The notes under the pieces are model-generated. The model did no database searches and was not told where the DNA came from. It saw only the letters and a program-made list of their open reading frames with translations. Shown here piece after piece: positions 1-8,775 of a DNA stretch of 64,000 nucleotides (its first letter is position 1; the number at the start of each line of letters is the position of its first letter). A program made the position numbers and the translations under genes. The stretch covers positions 3,334 to 67,333 of the forward strand of contig JANMVW010000171.1 in NCBI GenBank assembly GCA_031393555.1, written 5' to 3'. This DNA comes from Acidobacteriota bacterium (lineage in GTDB: Bacteria > Acidobacteriota > Polarisedimenticolia > Polarisedimenticolales > DASRJG01).

Positions 1-1
1 G

Positions 2-370
2 GAGAACGCGATGATCTTCCCGCTGCTGCAAAAAGAGCTCTCGATCGATGATTACGTGGATCGCGACGAAGGGTGCCGCTTCTCCACTCTCCTCGCCGAC
101 ACCCAGTCGGAGAACCAAGAACAAAAGATCTACAACCGGGAGGTCGGAGCGATCGTCGAACGGGCGCTCGGGCGACTGGACGAGCGCGAGCTTCACATCA
201 TCCGGAATCGTTTTGGACTTCTCGGCGGACAGGAGCAGACACTCGAGGAGATCGGTAAGCGCATGAACCTCAGCCGAGAGCGAGTCCGTCAACTCGAGCG
301 CGAAGCGAAACAGAAACTGCGCATTTGCCTCGGCCCCCAGCGCGGGAACCTCCGGTTCTCGCTCGCCTGA
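2..370 (+). CDS. RNA polymerase sigma-70 family factor, C-terminal part (5' end off-window)
   Basis: The translation ...LDERELHIIRNRFGLLGGQEQTLEEIGKRMNLSRERVRQLEREAKQKLR is a typical sigma region 4.2 helix-turn-helix. The frame stays open to the window edge. Confidence 0.8.
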   Translation, partial: ENAMIFPLLQKELSIDDYVDRDEGCRFSTLLADTQSENQEQKIYNREVGAIVERALGRLDERELHIIRNRFGLLGGQEQTLEEIGKRMNLSRERVRQLEREAKQKLRICLGPQRGNLRFSLA

Positions 371-388
371 CCAGCACGCCCCACCCAG

Positions 389-439
389 CGGTCGCCGCCG
401 GCACCCCCCCCATTCCCCCGCTTCTGCCGGCGGCGACCG
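389..439. terminator. Candidate bidirectional intrinsic terminator between convergent genes
   Basis: A perfect 15-bp inverted repeat CGGTCGCCGCCGGCA (389-403) / TGCCGGCGGCGACCG (425-439) has a 21-nt C-rich loop. It is followed by TTCTTCTCC on the + strand and lies between the sigma stop (370) and the Omp85 stop (461). Confidence 0.45.
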
Positions 440-460
440 TTCTTCTCCAGAGACCCTCGA

Positions 461-3400
461 TCAGAACAGCGTTCCGATAGCGAAGATCAGTTCGCTGGGG
501 CTTTCGTCCGGCCGCCGATCGAGCTTCCACCCGTACTCGAGGCGGATCGGTCCGATCGGGGTGTCGAGGCGGAGTCCGACGCCGGCGTCGAGGCGCAGAT
601 CGGTCGGGTCGAAATCGTCGATCGCTGGGTAGACGTTTCCAGCGTCGACGAACACCTCGCCCCGCAAGGCGCTCCAGATGGGGAAGTGCCACTCTTGGTT
701 GAGTACGAGGATCGCTTCGCCTCCCGCATTGAAGCCCAGGACATCGAGACCTCCGACCGAGTCCGTTGCGAAACCACGAAGCGTGTTGAAGCCGCCGGCG
801 AAATAGCGCTCGGACAGCGGAACGATCTCGGTGCCGCCGAAGGGCTGCTCGGCGCCCACGCGAAGGAAGCTCGCGAACCGGTGGCCACGTCCGACCGTGA
901 CGGTCCACGATCCGCGAAGGAACAACTGGAGGAAGGAGGCTTGTGAGCCCAGGGGCTTCGCAAAGGCGGTGCCCTCGATCGAGGCATAGCCTCCGCGGGT
1001 GGGGAGGAAAGCGTCGTCGCGCGTATCCCGGACAAGGCCCAGACCGGCATCAGCCAGCCGCAGGTTGGACAGTTTGTCCTTGAAAATCGTCTCGAGCTTC
1101 GCCTGGTCGTCCGTGATGTCGAAAATCCGTACCTCTTGAATGCTGTAGCGGAGAAAGCGGATCCACCGCGGCTTCGGCCTCTGCTCGAACCGGAACGACA
1201 ACGTGTCTTCCTTCTTCGAGAAACCCACTTCGACCGATTTCTCAAACAGCAACGAACCGAGGGCGTCGATGGTGTTCCCGAACACGCGCCGTCGCCGCAG
1301 GGTCAGGAGCTCCCGATTCTCTTTTTGGCTGACGCGGCCCTGCAATGTGATCGCCACGTTGCGCCCGGCAAGGTTCGAGTAGCCGAGCAGGAAGCTCGCC
1401 CCGGGCCCGTTCGTCGAGTCATAGCCCACGCCCAAGCCGAGCGCCAACGGCGGCGCCTCCTCGACCTTGACCGTCACACGCTGGGCGCCGGCGACGTCCT
1501 CCCCGAGGGGCATGCTGGTCATCTTCACGTTTGAAAACAGGCCGGTCCGGTAGAGGCGTTGCTGACTATCGAGAAACGATTGATTCGATACCGGCCCGCC
1601 GACGCCGAACGTCAGCGCGCGGGCGATCGTCCTGTTTCTGGTGACCCGGTTGCCCTCGATCGTAATCTCGCCAACCGTCTTGCGATCGCCCGGGGCGATG
1701 TCGAACACGATATCCGCCGTCGCCGCCGCGAGCTCGACCCGCGATTCGACGGTCGTGTCGGGATAGCCGAGCGCGTCGAAGCGCTCTTTGAGCAACTGCT
1801 CCGCCTCGGCGAGACGCCGGGGCGAAAACGTCTCTCCCGGTCGAAGCGGTGTCGCATCGCGCAGCTGCTCTTCCAGGACGGCGTCACCTCCCGCGTAGCC
1901 GACCGTCCCGACGGTGAAGCGCGCTCCTTCGTCGATGGCGACCTCGACCTCGGCACTCTCGCCGTTAGCGGCCAAAGTGATCTGCGGTAGTCCGATACGG
2001 ACGCGCGTGAACCCCTCCTCGCGATAAAGCGCCCTGACCGCGGCGAGGTCCTCCGCGAGCAGGGCCGGACGCAAGAGCCGCTTGCGCAACCCTTGGCTCT
2101 TCGTTGAGGTCATCTGTTTGTCGATCCGAGCCCTCGGAATCGAACCACCACCCACGAAGCGCATGGCGCGCAGTCGCACCGGCTTCCCACGATCCACCAG
2201 CATTCGAACCTTGCGACCGGAGGGCCCGTCGGAAGCATGCCAGGTGACATCGGCGGCGTAGTAGCCGCGCTCTTGCAGGTCACCGATCAGCGCGCGCCCC
2301 GCCTCGTCCCAGAACTCCGGCGTATAGGGGGTCTCCCGCCAGTAGGCTTTGAGCGACTTCAACGCTCCGCGCTTTCCCTTGCCGTCGCTCATGACGAGCT
2401 CGAAGGTGATCTGCGGTCCCGGCGCGATGCGGTAGATGATCCGCCGCGTCTCCTTAGGCCCCTCTTCGCGCACCGCTTCGGCGCGGACGGTCGCCTGGAT
2501 GAAACCGTCCTTGAGGAGCGCGGATCGAATGTGCTCTCCCCCCTGGAGCATGCGCCCGCGGTCGAACGCTTCGCCGGTTTTGATCTTCGCTCGCTTGACA
2601 AGATCGGCCCGCGGGGTGCCGGTGTCGTCGAGCACGTCGACCGAAACGACGACGCCCGACGCCTCGGCCTTTCCGCTCCCGAGGCGGGCGGGTGACCCAC
2701 CGAACTGGCGAGCGTATTGCAGTTCGCCGCCGATGCCGGACTCCGAGTCACTCTCCGCGACCAGGCGGATGTGCCGCGTGGTGTCCCAAGATACCGAGTA
2801 CGTCTGTTTTTGAGCGGTCCCGATATCCTGCGAGAAAGCGATCTTCACCGTGTCGCTCACCTGCTTACCGACCGTGACACGCGCGGTCGGGTCGGACTCT
2901 CCCTTCAGCAACTGCGGGGTGATCGCCAACTGATCGATCCCGAGGGAGCTCTGGATCTGCTTCCCGAAGGTCGAGCTCAAGAGTCCCGCGAAATAGTATG
3001 CGGCCATGTCTCCCGGGAGGGCGGAAGCCGAGGCCGATCCGCTCAACGTGTCGAGCGTCCTTCCGGTCACGAGCAACGAGATGATGTCTTGCGAGTCCAG
3101 CGGCGGGGTCGAGGTCAGTTCGTAGTCGAACTTGTCCAGCGTGCCTTCGATGCGAAGACTGATGTCGTACTCGGCGACGCGTGTCCGACCGCGGAATTCG
3201 AGGTAAGGGTTGATACGTTTCGGATCCGTGAGGTCGACGGTTCCGTACTCGATGCGGTAATCCACGTCCCGATAGCGGACGGTGCCGCCTGGGAACAGGG
3301 AAAAATGTCCCGTCACTTCCGGGCGGGCCAATTCCCCCCCGAGATGAACCTGGCCCTCCGCCTCGACGGTGGCCACGTCGTTGCGGAGCCAGACGTTTCC

Positions 3401-6400
3401 AGGCGCCACGATGTCGACGTCGAGGAAGAGATTGCGCGGGAAGGGCGACTCGGCTGCGGCGTCGAATTCGCGGTGAGCGCCGCCGAACAGACCGACGTCG
3501 AAGTCCTTGGCGTACAGCCCGCGCACCACATCGATGCGGCCGGAGATCGTCGCGCGTTTTGGCGTGCCGTCGATCGCGATGCGGCCCTCGTAGATTCCCT
3601 GGAATCCTTCCGGAAATTTCGCGCGGACGTTCGCGCCGGTAAATTCGGCTCGCACCGACGTGGGAACGACCCCGGTGAACGCGACGCGTCCCGTCGCCGA
3701 AATCTCACCCCCGCCCTGGAACGCGTGGAACGACGTGAGCGTGAGCGCTTGCCCGGCAAAGACCGCCTCCGCGTCGATCGACTCCAGCGTCTGCGGATAG
3801 CCGATGAGACGCATTCGGCCGTCGCGCAAGGTGACCTTGCCTTCGAGATTGGGGCTTTCGAGCGTTCCGGCGAGGGTCGCGTCGATTTTGACCGGACCGG
3901 CGCCGCGGATTTCCGACCACAGAGACGACGCGACCGCCAGGTCGAGCGTCCCCCGGAGGTACCCCGCGACCTCTCCCCCGTCGAGGGATCCGTGCGCCGC
4001 GAGTTCGACCTCCGTGCCGTCACCGGAAAACCGCGACGGGCCGAGCACGAAGCGCCCGCTGTCGAGACGCAGGGGAAACGGCTCGAGGGTGCGAACGACG
4101 CGCGGCCCGAGCCGGACCACGGCTTCGTCGAAGACGCCGTTGATCGCCATCGCGCGCGGTTCCGTCAGATCGCCTTCCGTGTGGACCTGCCCCTTCAACC
4201 GCAGGTCGAGACTCTCCCCGAAGACCCCCCCAGCTCCGACGACCAGATCCTCGAAATACAAAACGGCCGACAGCGGAAGTTTCGGCGCGAAGCCCAGGAA
4301 CCCCTCGAAGGTCCAGGCGGAAGGCTGCGAAGCGACCGCGAACTCGCATCCGTTCGGCGCGATGGTCGCCTCGCCCGTCAGGTTCCCGAGCTGGATCTCA
4401 CGCAAACCGCCCCGTCCGGTGTCCAGGAGGAGGTCGTTCGCGGTGAGCCCGAGTCGTCCGGTGGGACCTTCTTTCGTGATCGTCAGCGAACCCATGGCGC
4501 GGACCGTCCCTTTCGCGCTGAGGCCCGCGTCCGCCAACGTCCGGTTGCGCGCCAGGTCGAGGGTCGCCGAGTGAATCTCCACGCCGACTTCGTTCGTCGC
4601 GAACGCGTAGGTCACGCGCCCGCGGGCCTCGAGTCCATCACTGCGTGCGACGAGCCCCTCGAAAACGGCCTGATCCCCTTCGATGAGCACGGGCGCATCC
4701 ACGGTGTCGACGATCTCATGACCGACGATGACGTTTTTGGCCGCGAGGCTCCCGACCGCCGCGAACACTCCGTGCTCGCGGGATCCGCGGAGCGTCAGAT
4801 CGATCCGGCCATCGACGGAACCGGCAACGCCTGCGCTCGCGAGCAACTTCGCGATGCCGACGCCTCGGGCGGCGAGGTCCACGGCGTCGAGCGCCCCGGT
4901 CTTGGCGTTGAAACGCGCGCTCCCCGCCAGGAACTGCCCGGCCCCGGACAGATCGACGCGCCGGATTTCGACGGAGGATTGTGAGACCGCCAGATCCAGT
5001 ATCGCCGAGGCGAACGGCTCAGCAGCGTAAGAGCCCTCCGCGAGGTCGAGTTCTAGATCGAAGGTCGTGGCCCTCCCGGCGATTCGCAACGACGCGCCGA
5101 GGGTCCCGGCCCCTTGAAGCGGCAGCACGGCAAATCGATTCCGCTCGACCCCGAACGCATCGAGGATCGTCAACGCCGCGGCTTGGGTCGCCCGGGCGTC
5201 GCGCGTTGTCCCTTCGAGCGTGAGATGCCTTTTTGCCGACGCCGCGGAGAGATCCGATTCGAAGCCGAAGCGTAGCGACGCCTTCGCGATCGAGAGACTG
5301 TCGGCCTGAACCCGCACGCGACCGGAATCAAACGTCAGGCGTCCGCGGCCCCCCGCGGGAAGGCGCGCGCTGGTGCCCGCGGAAGCAGGCACGGCGTCAA
5401 AAGTCCCGCCGCCGTTCCACGTCGCGATCCTTCCGGGGTCGCCGGCGATCTTGAACGTCACATCGGCCGTGCTCGCGAGCGGAAGTTCCGGCCCGGCGAG
5501 GGCGATCAGGCGGGAGAAATCGGCGCCCTTCCCGGTCAGGTCCGTACGGAGCTCGAGCGGCGTGCCGAAGAGGAGACTCACCGTTCCCGTGAAACTCCCG
5601 TTGTAAGCGCGCGCGTCGATATTTTCGACGTCGAGATGCCCCGGGCGGATCGTGAGGTCGCAGCGTGCGACCTCCGTGGCGATCGGCCCGACGCGAAATC
5701 CCGTCGTCGTCGCCTGCATCGCGACCCGAATCGGCACGCCGCCGGTGTACACGATCTGGACCGGTCCCTCGGCCCGGCCCGAAAGTCCGGCATGACCCGC
5801 GAGAAACGGGCTCAACGTCCCGAGGTCCGCATCCAGACGACCCTGCGCCGTGAAGGACACGCCGACGCCCCACACGACGTTTCCCGAAAGCTCCCCACGC
5901 GCGCCTGATCCCTCCCCGGTCGCGGAAAATATTTCGATGCGGCCGCCGCCGAGCCTCAATCCCGAGCGCACCGTCGCCGGCCAGGGACGGTTGAAGATCG
6001 GCGCTTCGAGCGTGGCGTGCGTGCTCATCTCTCCGATGAGCAGCTGGCGCGAGGTCGACCAGTCGCCGCGGAAATCCAGCGAGCGCGTCTGCACGCGCAC
6101 GTGCTGGCGCCCGTCGAGATACTCGGCGGTCGCGTCGTCGACGATGAGCCGATCGATCTGGACGGCGACGGGCCCGCTGGCCTTCTTGTCCTTCGGCTTG
6201 AAGGCGTCGATCCACTCACGGCTGAGCGAGAACGTCGCCTTGCGCGCGACGAGTTCGGTGATGTGAACCTGTCCGCCGGCGATCCCGCTCAGCCCGGACC
6301 AGGCGAGTTGGACGCTCCCCTCCCCGATCGTGGCGGTGAGCGGCGGGGCTCCCTCGGCCGGGATCGAAATCGCGACGTCACCCACCGTCGCGGACAGCCC

Positions 6401-6580
6401 GGTCCAGTTGACGTCGATCCGCCCGATCCGCACCGTGGCCCCGAGCGCCTCCGCCAGCCCGGTCTCGAGACGGCGCTGCAGCCAGGAGGTGGATCGCGCG
6501 TCGGGCGGCGTTTGCGCGTGCGTTCCGGCCGTCGCCACAGCGCAGGCAAACACTGCGGCCAGCACTCGGCCGCCCCTCAC
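461..6580 (-). CDS. Fused TamB-like (AsmA/DUF490 family) translocation-assembly protein + POTRA/Omp85 (TamA/BamA-like) outer-membrane barrel, about 2039 aa
   Basis: This is a single open frame. The N-terminus is VRGGRVLAAVFACAVATAGTHAQ, which looks like a signal anchor. The TamB-type C-terminus ...KIAFSQDIGTAQKQTYSVSWDTTRHIRLVAESDSESGIGGELQYARQF is followed by the linker GGSPARLGSGKAEASG. After that come POTRA-like repeats and an Omp85 barrel (GGFNTLRGF..., ...PIRLEYGW..., terminal ...IFAIGTLF). The start is placed at GTG 6580, which overlaps the rlmI stop as GTGA. GTG 6613 and GTG 6565 are alternative starts. Confidence 0.8.
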   Translation of the reverse strand: MRGGRVLAAVFACAVATAGTHAQTPPDARSTSWLQRRLETGLAEALGATVRIGRIDVNWTGLSATVGDVAISIPAEGAPPLTATIGEGSVQLAWSGLSGIAGGQVHITELVARKATFSLSREWIDAFKPKDKKASGPVAVQIDRLIVDDATAEYLDGRQHVRVQTRSLDFRGDWSTSRQLLIGEMSTHATLEAPIFNRPWPATVRSGLRLGGGRIEIFSATGEGSGARGELSGNVVWGVGVSFTAQGRLDADLGTLSPFLAGHAGLSGRAEGPVQIVYTGGVPIRVAMQATTTGFRVGPIATEVARCDLTIRPGHLDVENIDARAYNGSFTGTVSLLFGTPLELRTDLTGKGADFSRLIALAGPELPLASTADVTFKIAGDPGRIATWNGGGTFDAVPASAGTSARLPAGGRGRLTFDSGRVRVQADSLSIAKASLRFGFESDLSAASAKRHLTLEGTTRDARATQAAALTILDAFGVERNRFAVLPLQGAGTLGASLRIAGRATTFDLELDLAEGSYAAEPFASAILDLAVSQSSVEIRRVDLSGAGQFLAGSARFNAKTGALDAVDLAARGVGIAKLLASAGVAGSVDGRIDLTLRGSREHGVFAAVGSLAAKNVIVGHEIVDTVDAPVLIEGDQAVFEGLVARSDGLEARGRVTYAFATNEVGVEIHSATLDLARNRTLADAGLSAKGTVRAMGSLTITKEGPTGRLGLTANDLLLDTGRGGLREIQLGNLTGEATIAPNGCEFAVASQPSAWTFEGFLGFAPKLPLSAVLYFEDLVVGAGGVFGESLDLRLKGQVHTEGDLTEPRAMAINGVFDEAVVRLGPRVVRTLEPFPLRLDSGRFVLGPSRFSGDGTEVELAAHGSLDGGEVAGYLRGTLDLAVASSLWSEIRGAGPVKIDATLAGTLESPNLEGKVTLRDGRMRLIGYPQTLESIDAEAVFAGQALTLTSFHAFQGGGEISATGRVAFTGVVPTSVRAEFTGANVRAKFPEGFQGIYEGRIAIDGTPKRATISGRIDVVRGLYAKDFDVGLFGGAHREFDAAAESPFPRNLFLDVDIVAPGNVWLRNDVATVEAEGQVHLGGELARPEVTGHFSLFPGGTVRYRDVDYRIEYGTVDLTDPKRINPYLEFRGRTRVAEYDISLRIEGTLDKFDYELTSTPPLDSQDIISLLVTGRTLDTLSGSASASALPGDMAAYYFAGLLSSTFGKQIQSSLGIDQLAITPQLLKGESDPTARVTVGKQVSDTVKIAFSQDIGTAQKQTYSVSWDTTRHIRLVAESDSESGIGGELQYARQFGGSPARLGSGKAEASGVVVSVDVLDDTGTPRADLVKRAKIKTGEAFDRGRMLQGGEHIRSALLKDGFIQATVRAEAVREEGPKETRRIIYRIAPGPQITFELVMSDGKGKRGALKSLKAYWRETPYTPEFWDEAGRALIGDLQERGYYAADVTWHASDGPSGRKVRMLVDRGKPVRLRAMRFVGGGSIPRARIDKQMTSTKSQGLRKRLLRPALLAEDLAAVRALYREEGFTRVRIGLPQITLAANGESAEVEVAIDEGARFTVGTVGYAGGDAVLEEQLRDATPLRPGETFSPRRLAEAEQLLKERFDALGYPDTTVESRVELAAATADIVFDIAPGDRKTVGEITIEGNRVTRNRTIARALTFGVGGPVSNQSFLDSQQRLYRTGLFSNVKMTSMPLGEDVAGAQRVTVKVEEAPPLALGLGVGYDSTNGPGASFLLGYSNLAGRNVAITLQGRVSQKENRELLTLRRRRVFGNTIDALGSLLFEKSVEVGFSKKEDTLSFRFEQRPKPRWIRFLRYSIQEVRIFDITDDQAKLETIFKDKLSNLRLADAGLGLVRDTRDDAFLPTRGGYASIEGTAFAKPLGSQASFLQLFLRGSWTVTVGRGHRFASFLRVGAEQPFGGTEIVPLSERYFAGGFNTLRGFATDSVGGLDVLGFNAGGEAILVLNQEWHFPIWSALRGEVFVDAGNVYPAIDDFDPTDLRLDAGVGLRLDTPIGPIRLEYGWKLDRRPDESPSELIFAIGTLF

Positions 6581-7767
6581 GGCGCCCCTGACGCGTCCCG
6601 CAACACGAAGCACTTCAAATAGCGCCCCTCGGGAAACCCCAGCCGCACGGGATGGTCGGCGGCTTGTCCTCGCCGTTCGAGCACCACCGCGTCCCGGCCG
6701 GCGTCGGCCGCGGCCTCGCGTACGAGCCCTTCGAAGGACACTTCGTCGAGATTGAACGAGCAGGACGACGTGAGGAGGACCCCGCCCGGGGCGAGAAGTC
6801 GGATCGCCCGCAGGTTGATCTCTTTGTACCCGCGTCGGGCGGCCGGGACGTCGCCACGGCTCTTTGCGAACGCGGGAGGATCCAGCATGACGAGATCGAA
6901 GCGTTCCCCCCGCCGATCCCGCTCGCGGAGATCCTCGAAAGCGTTCGCTTCGACGAACGTCAGGTTCGTCGCTCCGTTCAACTCCGCATTCGCTCTTCCG
7001 CGAGCGAGAGCCTCCGAGGAGGCGTCGACGACCACAACCTCCGTGGCGTGACGTGCCGCGTGGAGCGCAAACGATGCGTGATACGAAAACGCATCGAGGA
7101 CGCGGCCTCGGGCGTGGGCGCGACACGCCAAGCGGTTTTCTCTCTGATCGAGAAAAGCCCCCGTCTTCTGGCCGCGCCAGGGGTCAGCGGCGTACCGAAC
7201 ACCGCCCTCGTCGACCACGATCTCCTCGGGGGTGGTTCCCGAGAGTTGCTTCACCTCCCGCGCCAACCCTTCGAGCTTTCGCACGGAGGGGTCGTTCCTG
7301 GCGAGGACGGAATCGATGGGAAGGCGCTCGCGCAACGCGGCGACGACGTGATCGACGACGCGCTCCGTGCCCGCCGTCAACGCTTGAATGACGAGGTGGG
7401 TTCCGTACAGATCGGCGACGAGCCCGGGCACGCCGTCGCCCTCGCCGAACAGGAGACGCTTCGCAGGCCATCGGCCGATTTCGGACCCGCGACGCGCGAG
7501 GGCCGAATCGACGCGGGCCGCCCAAAACGCCGCATCGGGGACGACGTCCTCCAGGGACACCATCCGGAGCGCGATTTTCGAGCGGGAGGACCAAAACGCA
7601 ACACCCAAGACCATGCCGGCGTTGTCTCGCACGCGGACGAGATCGCCATGCTCCGCGCCGCTCGACGAGGAAACGTCGTCGGCGAAGACCCAAGGGTGTC
7701 GACTGGCGATCCGCCGGTTGGCGCGCAGCCGGACGGAAATGTCGGGAAGCCGCCGGGAGGGTTCCAT
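6577..7767 (-). CDS. rlmI: Class I SAM-dependent 23S rRNA (cytosine-C5) methyltransferase, RlmI family (PUA + MTase)
   Basis: Motifs align with E. coli RlmI along the whole length: RHPWVFADDV, QKTGAFLDQRENR, VLDAFSYHASFALHAA, RFDLVMLDPPAFAKS, RGYKEINLRAIRLLAPGGVLLTSSCS and GQAADHPV...PEGRYLKCFVLR. Confidence 0.85.
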   Translation of the reverse strand: MEPSRRLPDISVRLRANRRIASRHPWVFADDVSSSSGAEHGDLVRVRDNAGMVLGVAFWSSRSKIALRMVSLEDVVPDAAFWAARVDSALARRGSEIGRWPAKRLLFGEGDGVPGLVADLYGTHLVIQALTAGTERVVDHVVAALRERLPIDSVLARNDPSVRKLEGLAREVKQLSGTTPEEIVVDEGGVRYAADPWRGQKTGAFLDQRENRLACRAHARGRVLDAFSYHASFALHAARHATEVVVVDASSEALARGRANAELNGATNLTFVEANAFEDLRERDRRGERFDLVMLDPPAFAKSRGDVPAARRGYKEINLRAIRLLAPGGVLLTSSCSFNLDEVSFEGLVREAAADAGRDAVVLERRGQAADHPVRLGFPEGRYLKCFVLRDASGAP

Positions 7768-7798
7768 CTCAGCGACTACGGGGCGTCCTCACGACGCC

Positions 7799-8599
7799 CT
7801 ACTCTTCCGAGTCGTCGCCGTCCACGACGAGCGGATCGTCGTCGAGAACCTCGTCCTCCACCTCCGGCTCCGACTCCTCGTCGATGGGGGGCACATCCTC
7901 GGGCTCGTCCACAGGCTCTTCGTCATCGCCGACGTGGAACGGGAACTGGGGCAACAGCCCCTTCTCCTCGAGTTCCTGGCAAGGGAGACAGTGCCGAGCC
8001 CAGGGTTGAACCTCGAGGCGTTTGGGGTTGATATCCTCACCGCATTGCTGGCAGTAACCGTACTCGCCGCGGTCGATCCGGTTCAGTGCCTCTTCGACGA
8101 GCAGCAACTGCTTGCGATCCATCTCGGTCAAGGAGAGCAGGAATTCCCGAGCGTAGGAGTTCACGGCGTAGTCGACGTAGTCCTCGGTCCCGTTGTCGAG
8201 CTCAGCCTGGGAGTCTCCCTTGCTGATCGCGTAGGCGCGCATCAGATCTTGGCGCTTGTTCAGGAGCAGCTCACGAACGTGCGCGCGCTCTTTGCGGCGC
8301 GCGAGGATCGAAGCGGGCTTGGGCACCCGTCGCACCGGCGCCTTCGGTTTTGCGGCGGCGGGCGGGGTCTTCGGCGCGGCTTTCACGATGCGCGTTTCCT
8401 TCACCGGCTTGCCTGTTCCCTTGGGGCCCGCCTTCACGGTCGGCTTGGCGACGGCGGTTTTCTTGGGGGCGGGCTTCGCGGCAGCCGGCTTCTTCTTCGC
8501 GGCGACGGCCTTCGCGGCGACCGCCTTCGCCGGCTTCTTCGCCGCCGGTTTCGCGGTCTTCTTGGCCGGAGGCTTGTTCTTCGAGGACTTCGCTTTCAT
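7799..8599 (-). CDS. dksA: DksA/TraR-family C4 zinc-finger RNA polymerase-binding regulator with Lys/Ala/Pro-rich N-terminal tail and acidic C-terminal tail
   Basis: A DksA coiled-coil tip motif DxxDxA is present (EDYVDYA). The zinc finger is CQQC-N17-CLPC. The N-terminus is MKAKSSKNKPPAKKTAKPAAKKPAKAVAAK... and the C-terminus is ...DDEEPVDEPEDVPPIDEESEPEVEDEVLDDD. The RBS GAGGG lies 6 nt upstream of ATG 8599. Confidence 0.75.
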   Translation of the reverse strand: MKAKSSKNKPPAKKTAKPAAKKPAKAVAAKAVAAKKKPAAAKPAPKKTAVAKPTVKAGPKGTGKPVKETRIVKAAPKTPPAAAKPKAPVRRVPKPASILARRKERAHVRELLLNKRQDLMRAYAISKGDSQAELDNGTEDYVDYAVNSYAREFLLSLTEMDRKQLLLVEEALNRIDRGEYGYCQQCGEDINPKRLEVQPWARHCLPCQELEEKGLLPQFPFHVGDDEEPVDEPEDVPPIDEESEPEVEDEVLDDDPLVVDGDDSEE

Positions 8600-8648
8600 C
8601 GGGAACCCTCGAGCACGCGGGCGCGATTCACGCTCGCGAAAGCGCGGC

Positions 8649-8677
8649 ACTATACCGTCCTGCCCATTTAGCGTCAA
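8649..8677 (-). promoter_or_regulatory. Near-consensus sigma-70-type promoter for the dksA-like gene
   Basis: The minus strand reads TTGACG (8677-8672), a 17-nt spacer, then TATAGT (8654-8649). This sits about 45 nt upstream of ATG 8599. Confidence 0.5.
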
Positions 8678-8775
8678 GGAACGGCGAGGGCCACGAATCG
8701 GTGCGCTTCGCCCCGATTTTCGCTTCCGATCCGCTCGTCGACGTCGACGGTGTCCGCGGTGTCAAAGACGACCTG

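Noticed and set aside
2717-4984. 755-aa + strand ORF antisense to the TamB-like gene
   Set aside because: The translation is Arg/Gly/Pro/Asp-rich with no motifs, and it lies entirely opposite a strongly supported coding frame. This is a typical long shadow ORF in GC-rich DNA.
6581-7126. 182-codon N-terminal extension of the giant ORF (MSRPRPRPRPRC...) overlapping rlmI
   Set aside because: It is Arg/Pro-rich nonsense lying out of frame over a well-supported rlmI. A GTG at 6580 overlaps the rlmI stop and is followed by a signal-anchor sequence.
8330-8599. Apparently repetitive GCC/GCG/AAG-rich DNA that could be mistaken for a tandem repeat
   Set aside because: It is the coding sequence for the imperfect Ala/Lys/Pro low-complexity tail of the DksA-like protein. 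There is no exact repeat unit and no spacer structure.
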